A stretch of DNA of 64,000 nt from assembly GCA_046290465.1 (NCBI GenBank), contig JBKAGP010000001.1, positions 2,528,001 to 2,592,000 on the forward strand, written 5' to 3'. Under the pieces are notes generated by a model. The model made no database searches. It was not told the origin of the DNA and saw only the letters and a program-made list of their open reading frames with translations. Origin of the DNA: Planctomycetota bacterium (GTDB lineage: Bacteria > Planctomycetota > UBA1135 > UBA2386). Positions within the stretch are counted from its first letter, which is position 1; each line of letters opens with the position of its first letter. Of this stretch, positions 35,101-44,412 are shown in pieces. Both the position numbers and the translations under genes were made by a program.

Positions 35101-35229
35101 GGGTTCGGAGCCGAGCGCTTCGGCGACGGTCTCGAGGTCGACCAAGGTGTCGGGCGCCGGGCCCTGGGCCAGCGCGAGGCCGGAGAACAACGTGAGCGAC
35201 GCGCTCACCGCGCGGATGGATGGGTTCAT
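32176..35229 (-). CDS. Secreted ELWxxDGT-repeat (beta-propeller) protein
   Basis: Signal peptide MNPSIRAVSASLTLFSGLALAQ; a dozen or more repeats such as GRELWRTDGT, DELYVSDGT, TELFATDGT. Confidence 0.9.
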   Translation of the reverse strand: MNPSIRAVSASLTLFSGLALAQGPAPDTLVDLETVAEALGSEPGFGATLPGIGCIFAADDAVAGRELWLLPDNGGAPQLLKDIHVGSRGSHPDDFVVFQGEVWFSASDGVAGRELWRTDGTAGGTVLAVDVAPGAAGSAPAGLTVCGADLFFTAFAAGAGREPHRTNGAAASTILLADLQPGPRGSLPGSAEAHRFVCCGGQVLFCADDGATGDELYVSDGTAAGTALVVDLNPGADNGVVASEPPVCCNGELFFRGNDGVAGTELFATDGTAANTRLVRDLQAGGSSSAPTELTCFGSLVVFSANGPGVGRELHVSDGTTAGTALLVDLRPGAASSNPHDLIVCAGRLVFGASGDSAFDEPWASDGTAAGTLRLADLAPGTASSLLRETVCCGALVFFRARSAATGEELFVTDGTPAGTQLVVDLLPGADGSQPTDLFCCGARLLCSANGPDGPELTVSDGTATGTVVHDLVPVVGTAGSRPRSVRPIDAVAFYFVAETQAHGEEVFFFDGQSASPIEVVPGPDDGNPARLTIVGRTAYWTANANGIGTELYRSTDGGPAELVADIRSGPLSSSPQQLIAFDHQTLVCTAVTTSQGREIVVARNGVAGVQVFDVRPGGSSSFAGELNRIIDPESGANLVVFGANDGVHGAELFAYDGTTVDLLLDLVPGASGSGPQKFSAARDETSLLFTAFVGGSTKVLQLTVDDGTDIGGNVAVLFDTGGSFLVVGLANFLGFGQAVDLILMMEAFFNNLGEEPYAVDAAGQAQLVQDVNLGAADAEIEVEEFHFVDGKWVASGTSVDAGNELRLLTSAQVEQVDLLEGGESSSPDHFVQVGGSVVFSASGSVAEDRVVYELDENGVLALFDGELQEPQVVGSTIVGGLWSPQDGNELVRFAAPGASNQVVGVPCDGRSRLLTTPARVGQPVEVRQIGGDVGDLGFVLLGGQLGPAVAALGCWLHVDPSGTVVAAAGAAPGFEGSFVVPSDTSLVGVAFATQGAWLRQNGSITLTNAVYSGIGQ

Positions 35230-35379
35230 GGTTGGATCGGAGTCGTGGGGACACCAGCCATGCGGCGGCGCCGGCACGGGGCGGATCACGATTCCGTCGA
35301 AATCGCGATCCGGCCGCCGGCATTCGGCGGCGCTGCGCCGTGTCGCTGGCACCCGATGCGGGCTAACCTGCTCGGCCCG

Positions 35380-38300
35380 ATGTCTGCCGCCGATCCCGTC
35401 GCGAGCCTGCTGGAGGCGTTCGCCCGCCTCACCACGACGCGTAACCTGGTCGCCCAGGTGGAGCGCGGCGCCCGCGTCAAGGCCGGCGGCCTGTGGGGCG
35501 CGTCCGCGGCGCTGCCGCTGACCGTGCTGCGCCGCCGCCAGAACAAGGACCAGACGCTGCTGATCCTGACCGCCGACGACGTCGACAGCCTGCAGCTGCA
35601 GACCGACCTGCTGGCGTTCGGCACCGACAGCCACGTGCTGATCCGCGAAGAGGAGGACGACGACGGCGAGGTCGACGCGACCAGCCGCAGCGCCCGCCAG
35701 CGCACGATGCAGCAGTTTGCGGCGGACCGGGCCCCGCTGGTCGCCAGCATCGAGGCCATGCTGCAGCCGATCGCGACGCCGCGCGGCCTGCGCAAGTCCC
35801 AGCTCGAACTGGCGGTAGGGCAACGCCTCGACCGGACCCAGATCCTGCAGCGGGCCCAGGCCGCAGGCATGCGCAGCGTGCCGCTGGTGCTGGCGCCGGG
35901 CGAGTGCAGCGTGCGCGGCGACGTCGTCGACGTGTTTCCGATGGCGAGCGAACACGCGCTGCGGCTCGAGTTCTTCGACGACACGCTCGAGTCGATCCGC
36001 AGCTTCGACGCCGCTTCGCAGCGGACCACCGAGGTCCACGACCGCTATGCGCTGGCATTGGCCGAACAGGACGAGGGCGAGGTCGGCCCGGTATTGAAAC
36101 ACCTGACGCCGTCACAGACCTGGACGGTGCAATACGAGCCATTACGTATTGAGGAGCGGGTCGCCCGATTGACGACGTTCGACGGCAATCTGGCGCCGCG
36201 CTTGCAGCTGGTGCAGGACACGCTGCGGCCGTGCGCGCACGTCGACCTGTCGTCGCTGCCGAGCCACGAATACGACTACAAGGTGCTGTCGGCCGGCTCC
36301 GCGGTCGGATCGGGCGAAGCCGACCCCGGCGGCCGCCTGCGCAGCGTGCGCGGCGTGCAGGGCCGGGTGCTGCTGTTCTGCCGCAGCGACGACGAGCGCG
36401 AACGGCTGCGCGAGATCTTCGCGCACAAGGACGTCGACCTGCGCAAGGAACGCGTCGAGCTGCTCGACGGCGCGATCAGCAAGGGCTTCCGCATCCCGGA
36501 CCTCAAGACCACGGCGCTGTCCAACGTCGAGTTCGCCGGCGTCGCCCAGCAGCCGCGGATCCGCGAGCGCGCGGTGGTGCCGTCGCGCGCGATCCAGAGC
36601 TTCTTCGAGCTCGGCCCCGGCGACCTGGTCGTGCACGCCGTGCACGGCGTCGCGCGCTTCGAGGGCACCGAGCTGGTGCACCGCGGCGAGGGCACCGAGG
36701 AGCACCTGCGGCTGGTGTTCCAGGACGAGGTCAAGCTGCTGGTCCCGGCCAGCAAGATCCACCTGGTCCAGAAGTACGTCGGCAGCGGCGGCAAGGCGCC
36801 GCTCGACAAGCTCGGCGGCAAGGGCTTCCAGAAGCGCAAGGAACAGATCTCGGAGTCGCTGTTCGACCTGGCCGCCGAACTGCTCGAGGTGCAGAGCAAG
36901 CGCGAGCTGATCAAGCGACCGCCGTATCCGCACGACCAGCTCGAGCGCGACTTCCTCGACAGCTTTCCGTTCCGCGACACGCAGGACCAGGCGCGCGCGT
37001 GGTCGGAGATCCAGCGCGACCTCGAGAAGGACACGCCGATGGAGCGGCTGCTGTGCGGTGACGTCGGCTTCGGCAAGACCGAGGTCGCGCTGCGAACGGC
37101 CTTCCGCGTGGCGATCACCGGCCGCCAGGTGGCGGTGCTGGCGCCGACCACGGTGCTGGCCGAACAGCACGCGCGCACGTTCGCCAAGCGCTGCGAACCG
37201 TTCGGGCTGACCGTCGAGCTGCTGTCCCGCTACCGCAAGCCGAAGGAGCGACGCGAGGTCCAGCAGAAGCTCGCCGCGGGCCAGGTCGACGTCGTCATCG
37301 GCACCCACCTGCTGCTCGGCAAGGACGTCAGCTTCCACGACCTCGGCCTGGTCGTCGTCGACGAGGAGCAGCGCTTCGGCGTGCGCCAGAAGGAGAAGCT
37401 CAAGAAGCTGCGCGCCGGCGTCGACGTGCTGACGCTCAGCGCGACGCCGATCCCGCGCACGCTGCACGGCTCGCTGCTCGGCATCCGCGGCATCAGCACG
37501 CTCGACAACCCGCCGCCGGGCCGACAGGAGGTCGAGACGCGCGTGCTGTTCCGCGACGACAAGGTGCTGCGCGACGCCCTGCACCGCGAACTGTCGCGCG
37601 ACGGCCAGGTGTTCGTGCTGCACAACCGCATCGACGAGCTCGAACCGCTGGCCAACCGCCTGCGCGGCCTCGCGCCCGGCGCCAAGATCGCGATCGGCCA
37701 TGGCCAGATGACCGAGGTGCAGGTCGAGAAGACCGTGCGCGCGTTCGTGCGCGGCGAGTTCGACGTGCTGGTGTCGACGACGATCGTCGAGAACGGCATC
37801 GACATCGCACGCGCCAACACGATCCTGATCGACAAGGCCGACCACTTCGGTCTGGCCGAGCTGCACCAGCTGCGCGGCCGCGTCGGCCGCAGCAGCGAGA
37901 AGGCCTACTGCTACCTGCTGCTCGACCGCGACACGCCGCCGGGCCAGGAGGCCCGCCAGCGGTTGAAGGCGCTCGAGGAGTTCTCGCACCTGGGCGCAGG
38001 CTTCGCGATCGCGATGAAGGACCTCGAGATCCGCGGCGCCGGCAACCTGCTGGGCCCACAGCAGTCCGGCCATATCGCGTCGGTCGGATATGATATGTAT
38101 TGCCAGCTGCTGCGATCGGCCGTCGAGTCCGCCAAGGTCGACCGCCGCGCGATCGCGCAGGTGGTCGAGGTCGACGTCGACCTGCGCCTGCAGGCCTACC
38201 TGCCCGAGCAGTTCCTCAAGGACCCGCGTCAGCGCCTGGAGCTGCTGCGCGAGATGGACGAGGCAACCGACGACGAGCGCTTCCGCCAGCTCGAGGCGGA

Positions 38301-38598
38301 GCTCCGGGACCGCTACGGCAAGCTGCCCAAGCCCGTGACGACGCTGCTGCGGCAGTTCCGCCTCAAGCACGCCCTCATGCAGCTCGAGGTGCACAGCGTG
38401 CAGTGGGTCGAGGACGACCGGCTGGTCGTGCGGCACCCCGCCGGCGTGCCGCTCGGCGGCAGCTGGCTCGACCACTTCCGCGAGGTGCGCCCGGTCGAGG
38501 CCGGCAAGACGCACCTGATGCTGCCGCGGCCGCGGCGCGGCAAGCAGACGGCCGACAAGGTGCTCGAGCTGCTGCTGGGCGCGACCACCGGCAGCTAG
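35380..38598 (+). CDS. mfd: Transcription-repair coupling factor
   Basis: PGECSVRGDVVDVFP, GDLVVH..HGVARF (RID), CGDVGFGKTEV, DEEQRFG, LSATPIPRT, QLRGRVGR and DLEIRGAGNLLG. Confidence 0.97.
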   Translation: MSAADPVASLLEAFARLTTTRNLVAQVERGARVKAGGLWGASAALPLTVLRRRQNKDQTLLILTADDVDSLQLQTDLLAFGTDSHVLIREEEDDDGEVDATSRSARQRTMQQFAADRAPLVASIEAMLQPIATPRGLRKSQLELAVGQRLDRTQILQRAQAAGMRSVPLVLAPGECSVRGDVVDVFPMASEHALRLEFFDDTLESIRSFDAASQRTTEVHDRYALALAEQDEGEVGPVLKHLTPSQTWTVQYEPLRIEERVARLTTFDGNLAPRLQLVQDTLRPCAHVDLSSLPSHEYDYKVLSAGSAVGSGEADPGGRLRSVRGVQGRVLLFCRSDDERERLREIFAHKDVDLRKERVELLDGAISKGFRIPDLKTTALSNVEFAGVAQQPRIRERAVVPSRAIQSFFELGPGDLVVHAVHGVARFEGTELVHRGEGTEEHLRLVFQDEVKLLVPASKIHLVQKYVGSGGKAPLDKLGGKGFQKRKEQISESLFDLAAELLEVQSKRELIKRPPYPHDQLERDFLDSFPFRDTQDQARAWSEIQRDLEKDTPMERLLCGDVGFGKTEVALRTAFRVAITGRQVAVLAPTTVLAEQHARTFAKRCEPFGLTVELLSRYRKPKERREVQQKLAAGQVDVVIGTHLLLGKDVSFHDLGLVVVDEEQRFGVRQKEKLKKLRAGVDVLTLSATPIPRTLHGSLLGIRGISTLDNPPPGRQEVETRVLFRDDKVLRDALHRELSRDGQVFVLHNRIDELEPLANRLRGLAPGAKIAIGHGQMTEVQVEKTVRAFVRGEFDVLVSTTIVENGIDIARANTILIDKADHFGLAELHQLRGRVGRSSEKAYCYLLLDRDTPPGQEARQRLKALEEFSHLGAGFAIAMKDLEIRGAGNLLGPQQSGHIASVGYDMYCQLLRSAVESAKVDRRAIAQVVEVDVDLRLQAYLPEQFLKDPRQRLELLREMDEATDDERFRQLEAELRDRYGKLPKPVTTLLRQFRLKHALMQLEVHSVQWVEDDRLVVRHPAGVPLGGSWLDHFREVRPVEAGKTHLMLPRPRRGKQTADKVLELLLGATTGS

Positions 38599-38656
38599 CG
38601 GGCAAAGCCCCGTCCGCACGCGTACACGCCGCTTCCGCGATCACGGTTGGCAGCGC
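38594..38656 (-). repeat. 63-bp dispersed intergenic repeat, copy 2 (inverted); its end overlaps the mfd TAG stop
   Basis: Reverse complement of 8544-8606 with 2 substitutions. Confidence 0.9.
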
Positions 38657-38887
38657 CCGCCCGCAGGGTCCACGGCGGCTCCGACGCGGCCGGAACCACC
38701 GTGCACAACCTGTGGAATCACCTGGGCAACAACACAGGTTCGGGCGATGCGCCGGGCCGCTCGGCTGCATGACGCATCCGGTACGTGCGATACGCGGAAA
38801 AGGTTGGCAGCGGCCATGCGCGGTTCCGTAGAAGGGTCCCCCCTTCTGCGCGCTGCCACCCCTGGCGCCAGCCCATTCGATTCGCAC

Positions 38888-40675
38888 ATGCAGAGCCTCC
38901 GCTCGCTATTCGTCCCCGCCGTGCTGGCGACCTGGATGCTGAACGCGTCCGGTCCGATCGCGCAGGAGCCTGGAAGCCAGGCGCCCGAGCGTTCGCAGCC
39001 GCGGACCGAGTCCCCCCGCCCGTCCAACCAGGACCCGCGCCCCGCGGGTCGCCGCCGCGCCGGCGGACGCCGCCGCGGGCTGATCGTGATCGAAGCCGGC
39101 ACGGTGCACCCGGTCAGCGGACCGCCGATCGAGAACGGCGTCGTCGTCATCCGCGGCGACCGCATCCTCGCGGTCGGACAACAGGGCGACCTGCAGCTGC
39201 CGCCGAACACGACGGTGCACAAGTTCCCCGATGGCCATGTCTACCCCGGCCTGATCGACGCCTCGACCGACGCGTTCACCGACTCCGGCCTGCAGCGCGA
39301 CGGCAGCCTCAACGGCGGCAGCGAGCTCGCCGACGGCCTGGTGTGGACCGGCGACCGCGACGACCAGCTGGTCCGCCACGGCGTGACCACGGCCTACGTG
39401 AACGTTCGCACCGGCGCGCAGGTGCGCGGCCAGGGCGCGATCGTGCGCCCGCACGCCAGCGGCTTCGAGCTGTGGGAGGACAAGGAGCAGGCCGCGCTGC
39501 AGCTGCGCATGGCGGCCGGCACCGGCAACTCGCACCCGCTGCAGCGGCAGGCCCAGCTGCAGGCGGCGGGCCGCCTGTTCGACGGCCTCGAGGAGTTCCG
39601 CGACGCGCAGGAGAAGTTCGAGAAGGATCTCGAGAAGTACAACGAGGAGTTCGAGAAGTACCTCGACCACCACAAGAAGAAGAACGGCAAGGAAGACAAG
39701 CCGAAGGCCGACCCGAAGGCCGACCCCAAGCCCGACGGCGAGGCAGCCAAGAAGGAGGGCGAGAAGCCCTCGGAGGCGCGTCCCGGACGGCGTCGACCCG
39801 GCGGTCGCCGCCGCCCGCCGCAAGGTGGCGGGGACGGCAACGGCGAGGGCGGCCAGCAGCCTGAGGAGCTGACGGCCGAGGCCGTCGAGAAGGCGCTCGC
39901 CACGATGATGGCGCTGGTCGGTGAGCCGCAGCCGCAGGCCGACGCGCAGGATCCGCGCCGCGGCCGGCGCCCGAGCGGCGCGCCGCAGGGTCGTTCGCAG
40001 GGTCGCCCGCAGGGCACCCCCGCCGCCGCCAAGGCGGGCGGGGACGACAAGAAGAAGGACGACGGCCCCAAGCGCCCGAAGTACCCGAAGAAGCCCAAGG
40101 CGGACCCGCAGAAGGACGCGCTCGCCAAGGTCGTCGACGGCGTGCTGCCGCTGCGCATCGAGGCGCACCGCGTCGAGGAGCTGCGCGCCGCGCTGCGCCT
40201 GCAGCGCGACAACGACGTGCCGCTGATCGTGCTCGAGCAGGCCTACGGTGCCGGCTCGATCGCCGACGAGATCGCCGCCCAGGGCGCCACCGTCGTGCTG
40301 ACCAACGTGCTGCCGAGCGCGCTCGGCGTGCCGGGCGACAAGCGCAACCCGTTCGCGAAGTTCGACCTGACCGAGCTGCCCGGCCAGCTGCACGCGGCCG
40401 GCGTGCCGTTCGCGATCGCGAGCGGCCGCGCGCGCCTCGCGTCGGTGCTGCCGATGATGGGTGCCGCCGCCGTCGGCGCGGGCCTGTCGCCCGAGGCCGC
40501 GCTGCGCGCACTGACCCTCACCCCCGCGGAGATCCTCGGCGTCGCCGAGGACACCGGCTCCCTGTCGCGCAACAAGTTCGCCGACGTGCTGGTGACCAGC
40601 GGCCCGCTGTTCGCGAGCGACAGCAAGGTGCTGCTGGTGATGTCGAAGGGCCGCACCGAGTACGAGAGCAAGTAA
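38888..40675 (+). CDS. Exported amidohydrolase-family protein 1 (HxH absent; long Lys/Pro/Arg-rich insert)
   Basis: Signal-like N-terminus; GTVHPVSG..IENG, VYPGLIDASTD, GVTT, ALT..PA.ILG...GSL...KFAD. Confidence 0.85.
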   Translation: MQSLRSLFVPAVLATWMLNASGPIAQEPGSQAPERSQPRTESPRPSNQDPRPAGRRRAGGRRRGLIVIEAGTVHPVSGPPIENGVVVIRGDRILAVGQQGDLQLPPNTTVHKFPDGHVYPGLIDASTDAFTDSGLQRDGSLNGGSELADGLVWTGDRDDQLVRHGVTTAYVNVRTGAQVRGQGAIVRPHASGFELWEDKEQAALQLRMAAGTGNSHPLQRQAQLQAAGRLFDGLEEFRDAQEKFEKDLEKYNEEFEKYLDHHKKKNGKEDKPKADPKADPKPDGEAAKKEGEKPSEARPGRRRPGGRRRPPQGGGDGNGEGGQQPEELTAEAVEKALATMMALVGEPQPQADAQDPRRGRRPSGAPQGRSQGRPQGTPAAAKAGGDDKKKDDGPKRPKYPKKPKADPQKDALAKVVDGVLPLRIEAHRVEELRAALRLQRDNDVPLIVLEQAYGAGSIADEIAAQGATVVLTNVLPSALGVPGDKRNPFAKFDLTELPGQLHAAGVPFAIASGRARLASVLPMMGAAAVGAGLSPEAALRALTLTPAEILGVAEDTGSLSRNKFADVLVTSGPLFASDSKVLLVMSKGRTEYESK

Positions 40676-40697
40676 CCGCGGGAGCCAGGAGAACAAC

Positions 40698-41873
40698 ATG
40701 CACACCTTCACCCAGCACCTTCTGCAGCGGAGCCTCGCCGGCGCCTGCCTGCTCGCCGCAGCGGCGGCGCCCGCGTGCGCCCAGGACCTGCTGATCAAGG
40801 CCGGCCGCATCGTGGTCGCCCCCGGCACCGTCCTGACCGACAGCGCGCTGCTGGTCCGCGACGGCAAGATCGCCTACGTCGGCAACGACATCCCCGCCGA
40901 AGCCCGCGGCCGCGCGCGCACCGTCGACTACGGCGACGCGACGGTCTCGCCGGGCTTCGTGCTCGCCGCGACGACGCTCGGCAGCGACGCCGACCTGGCC
41001 GAAGGCGCGCTCGCCTTCACGCCGGACCTCAAGGTCGCCGAGGCGTTCGATCCGTGGAGCGAGAACCTCGAGCGGCTGGCCCCCTACGGCGTGACCTCGT
41101 TCGGCCTGACGCCGTCGCCGCGCAACGTCGCCGGCGGCATCGGCGTGCTCGCCAAGCCGGGCAAGGAGCGCGGCCGCGTGATGGCAGCCGAGGCGTTCGT
41201 CGGCTTCTCGCTGACGCGCGCGGCGCGCAGCCAGGAACGGGACCCGACCTCGCTGATGGGCGCGCGCGAGATGCTGCGCGACGCGTTCGACACGGCCCGC
41301 ATCGGCGTCGAGATCGGCCCGGACCTCGCGGTGCTGCGCCAGGTCATGGCCGGCTCGCGCCGCGCCGTCGTGCACGCCGACACGTTCGCCGAGCTCAACG
41401 CCGCGCTGTCGCTGGGCAAGGAGTTCAACTTCGCGCCGGTCATCGTCGGCGGCCGTGAGTCCGCCAAGGTGCTCGCCAAGCTGGCCGAACGCGGCGCCGG
41501 CGTGGTGCTGCCGACGCTGACCCCGACGGCGCGCATCGCCGACCTCGAACTGCCGGCTGCGCTGGCCGAGGCCGGCGTGCCGTTCTGCTTCGCCGGTCGC
41601 CCCGACCAGCTGCGCGTCTCGGCGGCGCTGGCGGTCCGCAACGGGCTGTCGCGCGAGCACGCCCACGCGGCGCTGACCCGCACGCCGGCGACCCTGATGG
41701 GCCAGCAGGCCGCGGTCGGCGCGCTGCGCCAGAACTGCAGCGCCGACTTCGTCGTCTTCGCCGGCGACCTGCTCGACCTCAGCGCGCGCCACGTCGCGAC
41801 CTGGGTCGACGGCGTCCGCGTCAGCGGCGACGCCCCCGCCAGCAACCACACGAACACGAAGGCAAGCCGATGA
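40698..41873 (+). CDS. Exported amidohydrolase-family protein 2 (HxH absent)
   Basis: RBS AGGAG; signal ...APACAQ; VRDGKIAYVG, VSPGFVLAATT, GVTS and VGAL...ADFVV. Confidence 0.85.
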   Translation: MHTFTQHLLQRSLAGACLLAAAAAPACAQDLLIKAGRIVVAPGTVLTDSALLVRDGKIAYVGNDIPAEARGRARTVDYGDATVSPGFVLAATTLGSDADLAEGALAFTPDLKVAEAFDPWSENLERLAPYGVTSFGLTPSPRNVAGGIGVLAKPGKERGRVMAAEAFVGFSLTRAARSQERDPTSLMGAREMLRDAFDTARIGVEIGPDLAVLRQVMAGSRRAVVHADTFAELNAALSLGKEFNFAPVIVGGRESAKVLAKLAERGAGVVLPTLTPTARIADLELPAALAEAGVPFCFAGRPDQLRVSAALAVRNGLSREHAHAALTRTPATLMGQQAAVGALRQNCSADFVVFAGDLLDLSARHVATWVDGVRVSGDAPASNHTNTKASR

Positions 41874-43108
41874 TCCGCAAGCTGCTCACCTGCACGTTGT
41901 CCCTCGCGTTCGCGTCCGCCGCGTTCGCGCAGCAGGACGTCACCGCCTACACCAACGCGACCATCCTTCCGGGCGGCAAGCCCGCGCTGCGCAAGGCGAC
42001 GCTGGTCGTCGCCGGCGGCAAGGTCGTCGCGATCGGCAGCAGCGCCGACATCACCGTGCCCGAGGGCGCGGCGGTCGTCGACTGCAACGGCAAGACGATC
42101 ACGCCGGGCCTGATCGACGCCTCGTTCGTGGCCGGCCTCAGCGGCCAGGACGCCAACGAACAGAGCGAAGAGGTCACCCCGCACCTGCGCATCCTCGACA
42201 GCCTCGACCCCGAGGACCCGATGTTCCGCCGCGCGCGGCGCGACGGCGTCACCACGGCGCACGTCATGCCGGGCACGCAGAACGTCATCGGCGGCCTCGG
42301 CTGCGTCATCAAGACGTTCGGGGACGACCCGGACGCCATGCTCGTCAAGCAGGACGCCAGCATGCGCATCGTGATGGGCGCCGAACCGTCGGCGCGCAAC
42401 CGCGCGATCCGCGGCGGCCGCGTCAACTCGATCTACTACCGCCGCCCGACCACCCGCATGGGGGTCGTCTGGGCCGTTCGCAGCGCCTTCTTCGACGCCC
42501 AGGAGGCGATGAACAAGACGCAGGGTGCGCCCGACCAGGGCCCGCCGTCGCCCGGCATCGAGGTGCTGACGCGCGTGCTGCAGGGCAAGCTGACCGCGGT
42601 CACCACCGCGCGCAGCGAACAGGACGTGCGCACCGCGCTGCGGATTGCCGATGAGTTCGGCTACCAGACCGTCATCGACGAGGCGCAGGACGCCTACATG
42701 GTCGCCGACGAACTGGCCGCGAAGAAGGCCGTGGTCATGCTCGGCGCGCCGAGCGCGACCTCGGTCGGCGGCAGCGGCGCGCGCGACGGCGCCGCGCCGC
42801 GCAGCGGCACCGTGCGCACGCTCGCCGAGAAGGGCGTCAAGTTCGTCATCACGACGGGCACCAACACCCAGCACCTGCCGCTGATCCGCGAGGCGATGTT
42901 CGCCGCGCGCAACGGTCTCGGCCCGCAACAAGCACTCGACGCGATCACCATCGAGCCGGCCAGGCTGCTCGGCATCGACGATCGCATCGGCAGCCTCGCC
43001 AACGGCAAGGACGCCGACTTCGTCATCTGGTCCCAACATCCCCTCGACCCGGCCGCCGTCGCCGAGTCTGTCCACATCGACGGCAAGCCCGTGTCTCGAA
43101 TCCGATGA
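41870..43108 (+). CDS. Exported amidohydrolase-family protein 3 (HxH absent)
   Basis: ATGA overlap; signal ...SAAFAQ; GKTITPGLIDASFV, GVTT, PTTRMG and IGSL.NGKDAD. Confidence 0.88.
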   Translation: MIRKLLTCTLSLAFASAAFAQQDVTAYTNATILPGGKPALRKATLVVAGGKVVAIGSSADITVPEGAAVVDCNGKTITPGLIDASFVAGLSGQDANEQSEEVTPHLRILDSLDPEDPMFRRARRDGVTTAHVMPGTQNVIGGLGCVIKTFGDDPDAMLVKQDASMRIVMGAEPSARNRAIRGGRVNSIYYRRPTTRMGVVWAVRSAFFDAQEAMNKTQGAPDQGPPSPGIEVLTRVLQGKLTAVTTARSEQDVRTALRIADEFGYQTVIDEAQDAYMVADELAAKKAVVMLGAPSATSVGGSGARDGAAPRSGTVRTLAEKGVKFVITTGTNTQHLPLIREAMFAARNGLGPQQALDAITIEPARLLGIDDRIGSLANGKDADFVIWSQHPLDPAAVAESVHIDGKPVSRIR

Positions 43109-44412
43109 ACCTCTCCCTCCTGCGAATCGCGGTCGTCAGCGCGACGATCGCCCTCCCCGCCATCAGTCAGGACCTCGTCGCCGTCAAGGCGAAGACGATC
43201 CACACCATCACCGGCCCGAGCGTCACGGACGGAGTCATCCTGCTGCAGAACGGCCGCATCAAGGCGATCGGCAAGCAGAGCGACGTCGAGATCCCGTGGT
43301 CGGCCAAGGTCATCGATGCCAGCGACAAGGTCGTGATGCCGACGTGGGTGCTCGCGCACAGCAACGGCGGCATGCGCGGCAGCAACGAGTCGATGCAGAA
43401 CGTCCCGTGGCTGACGGTCGCCGACGCGCTCGATCCGGGCTCGACCTACTTCGAGGGCATGCGCCGCAACGGCGTCGGCACGATCCACGTGCTGCCCGGC
43501 AACAACACGCTGATGGCCGGCAGCGGCATGGTCGTGCGACCCGCCGGCCGCACCGTCGAGGACATGACGGTCGCCGCCAACACCGGCATGAAGCTGTCGC
43601 TGCTCGCCAGCGGCGGCAGCCGCCTGCAGAAGATCCGCGAGATGCGTCGCGCGATCGCCGACATCCGCGAGTACCTCGCCGACTACAACCGCCAGAAGGA
43701 CGAGTTCGAGAAGGAGAAGGCCGCTGGCGCGATCGCCGACGACAAGGAGTGGGAGAAGGAGATCGACCGCAAGAAGCAGGCGGCCGTCGACCTGATCGAG
43801 AAGAAGCTCAAGGGCTGGCTCTACGTGCCGAGCTTCGCCGAGCTCGGCGAAGCGCTGCGCATGGGCCAAGAGCTCGACCTGACGCTGGTGCTCGGCAGCA
43901 ACCTCGACGAGGCGCTGCCGATGCTGCGCCGCCTGAAGAGCCCGGTCGTGCTCGACGCCAACCTCGAGTACTACGAGACCGACCCGGAGACGCGTGAGGA
44001 GGAGCAGTTCTGCTCGGCCAAGATGCTGGCCGACGCCGGCGTGCCGTTCGCGCTGTCGCTGGGTTCGGGCCCGAGCGGCAACCCGTGGTGGCAACTCGGC
44101 ACCTGCGTGCGCAACGGCATCAGCAAGCAGCAGGCGCTCGAGGCGCTGACCACCGTGCCGGCCAAGATGCTCGGCCTCGACGACCAGGTCGGCTCGCTGA
44201 GCGAAGGCAAGCTGGGCAACCTGCAGATCCTGACCGGCGATCCGATGGCCGCGACCACCTGGGTCGAGACCGTCATCCTCGAAGGCGAGGTCGTCTACGA
44301 GCGCAGCAAGGACCCGCGTCTGCAGTACCTGTTCGAGGCCGCCGAGAAGGCCTCGGAGCCGCAGCAGCCGAAGAAGGCCGGCGACAACTCGAACGAGGGC
44401 GAGGGCAAGTGA
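43105..44412 (+). CDS. Exported amidohydrolase-family protein 4 (single His)
   Basis: ATGA overlap; signal ...LPAISQ; VMPTWVLAHSN and VGSLSEGKLGN. Confidence 0.85.
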   Translation: MNLSLLRIAVVSATIALPAISQDLVAVKAKTIHTITGPSVTDGVILLQNGRIKAIGKQSDVEIPWSAKVIDASDKVVMPTWVLAHSNGGMRGSNESMQNVPWLTVADALDPGSTYFEGMRRNGVGTIHVLPGNNTLMAGSGMVVRPAGRTVEDMTVAANTGMKLSLLASGGSRLQKIREMRRAIADIREYLADYNRQKDEFEKEKAAGAIADDKEWEKEIDRKKQAAVDLIEKKLKGWLYVPSFAELGEALRMGQELDLTLVLGSNLDEALPMLRRLKSPVVLDANLEYYETDPETREEEQFCSAKMLADAGVPFALSLGSGPSGNPWWQLGTCVRNGISKQQALEALTTVPAKMLGLDDQVGSLSEGKLGNLQILTGDPMAATTWVETVILEGEVVYERSKDPRLQYLFEAAEKASEPQQPKKAGDNSNEGEGK

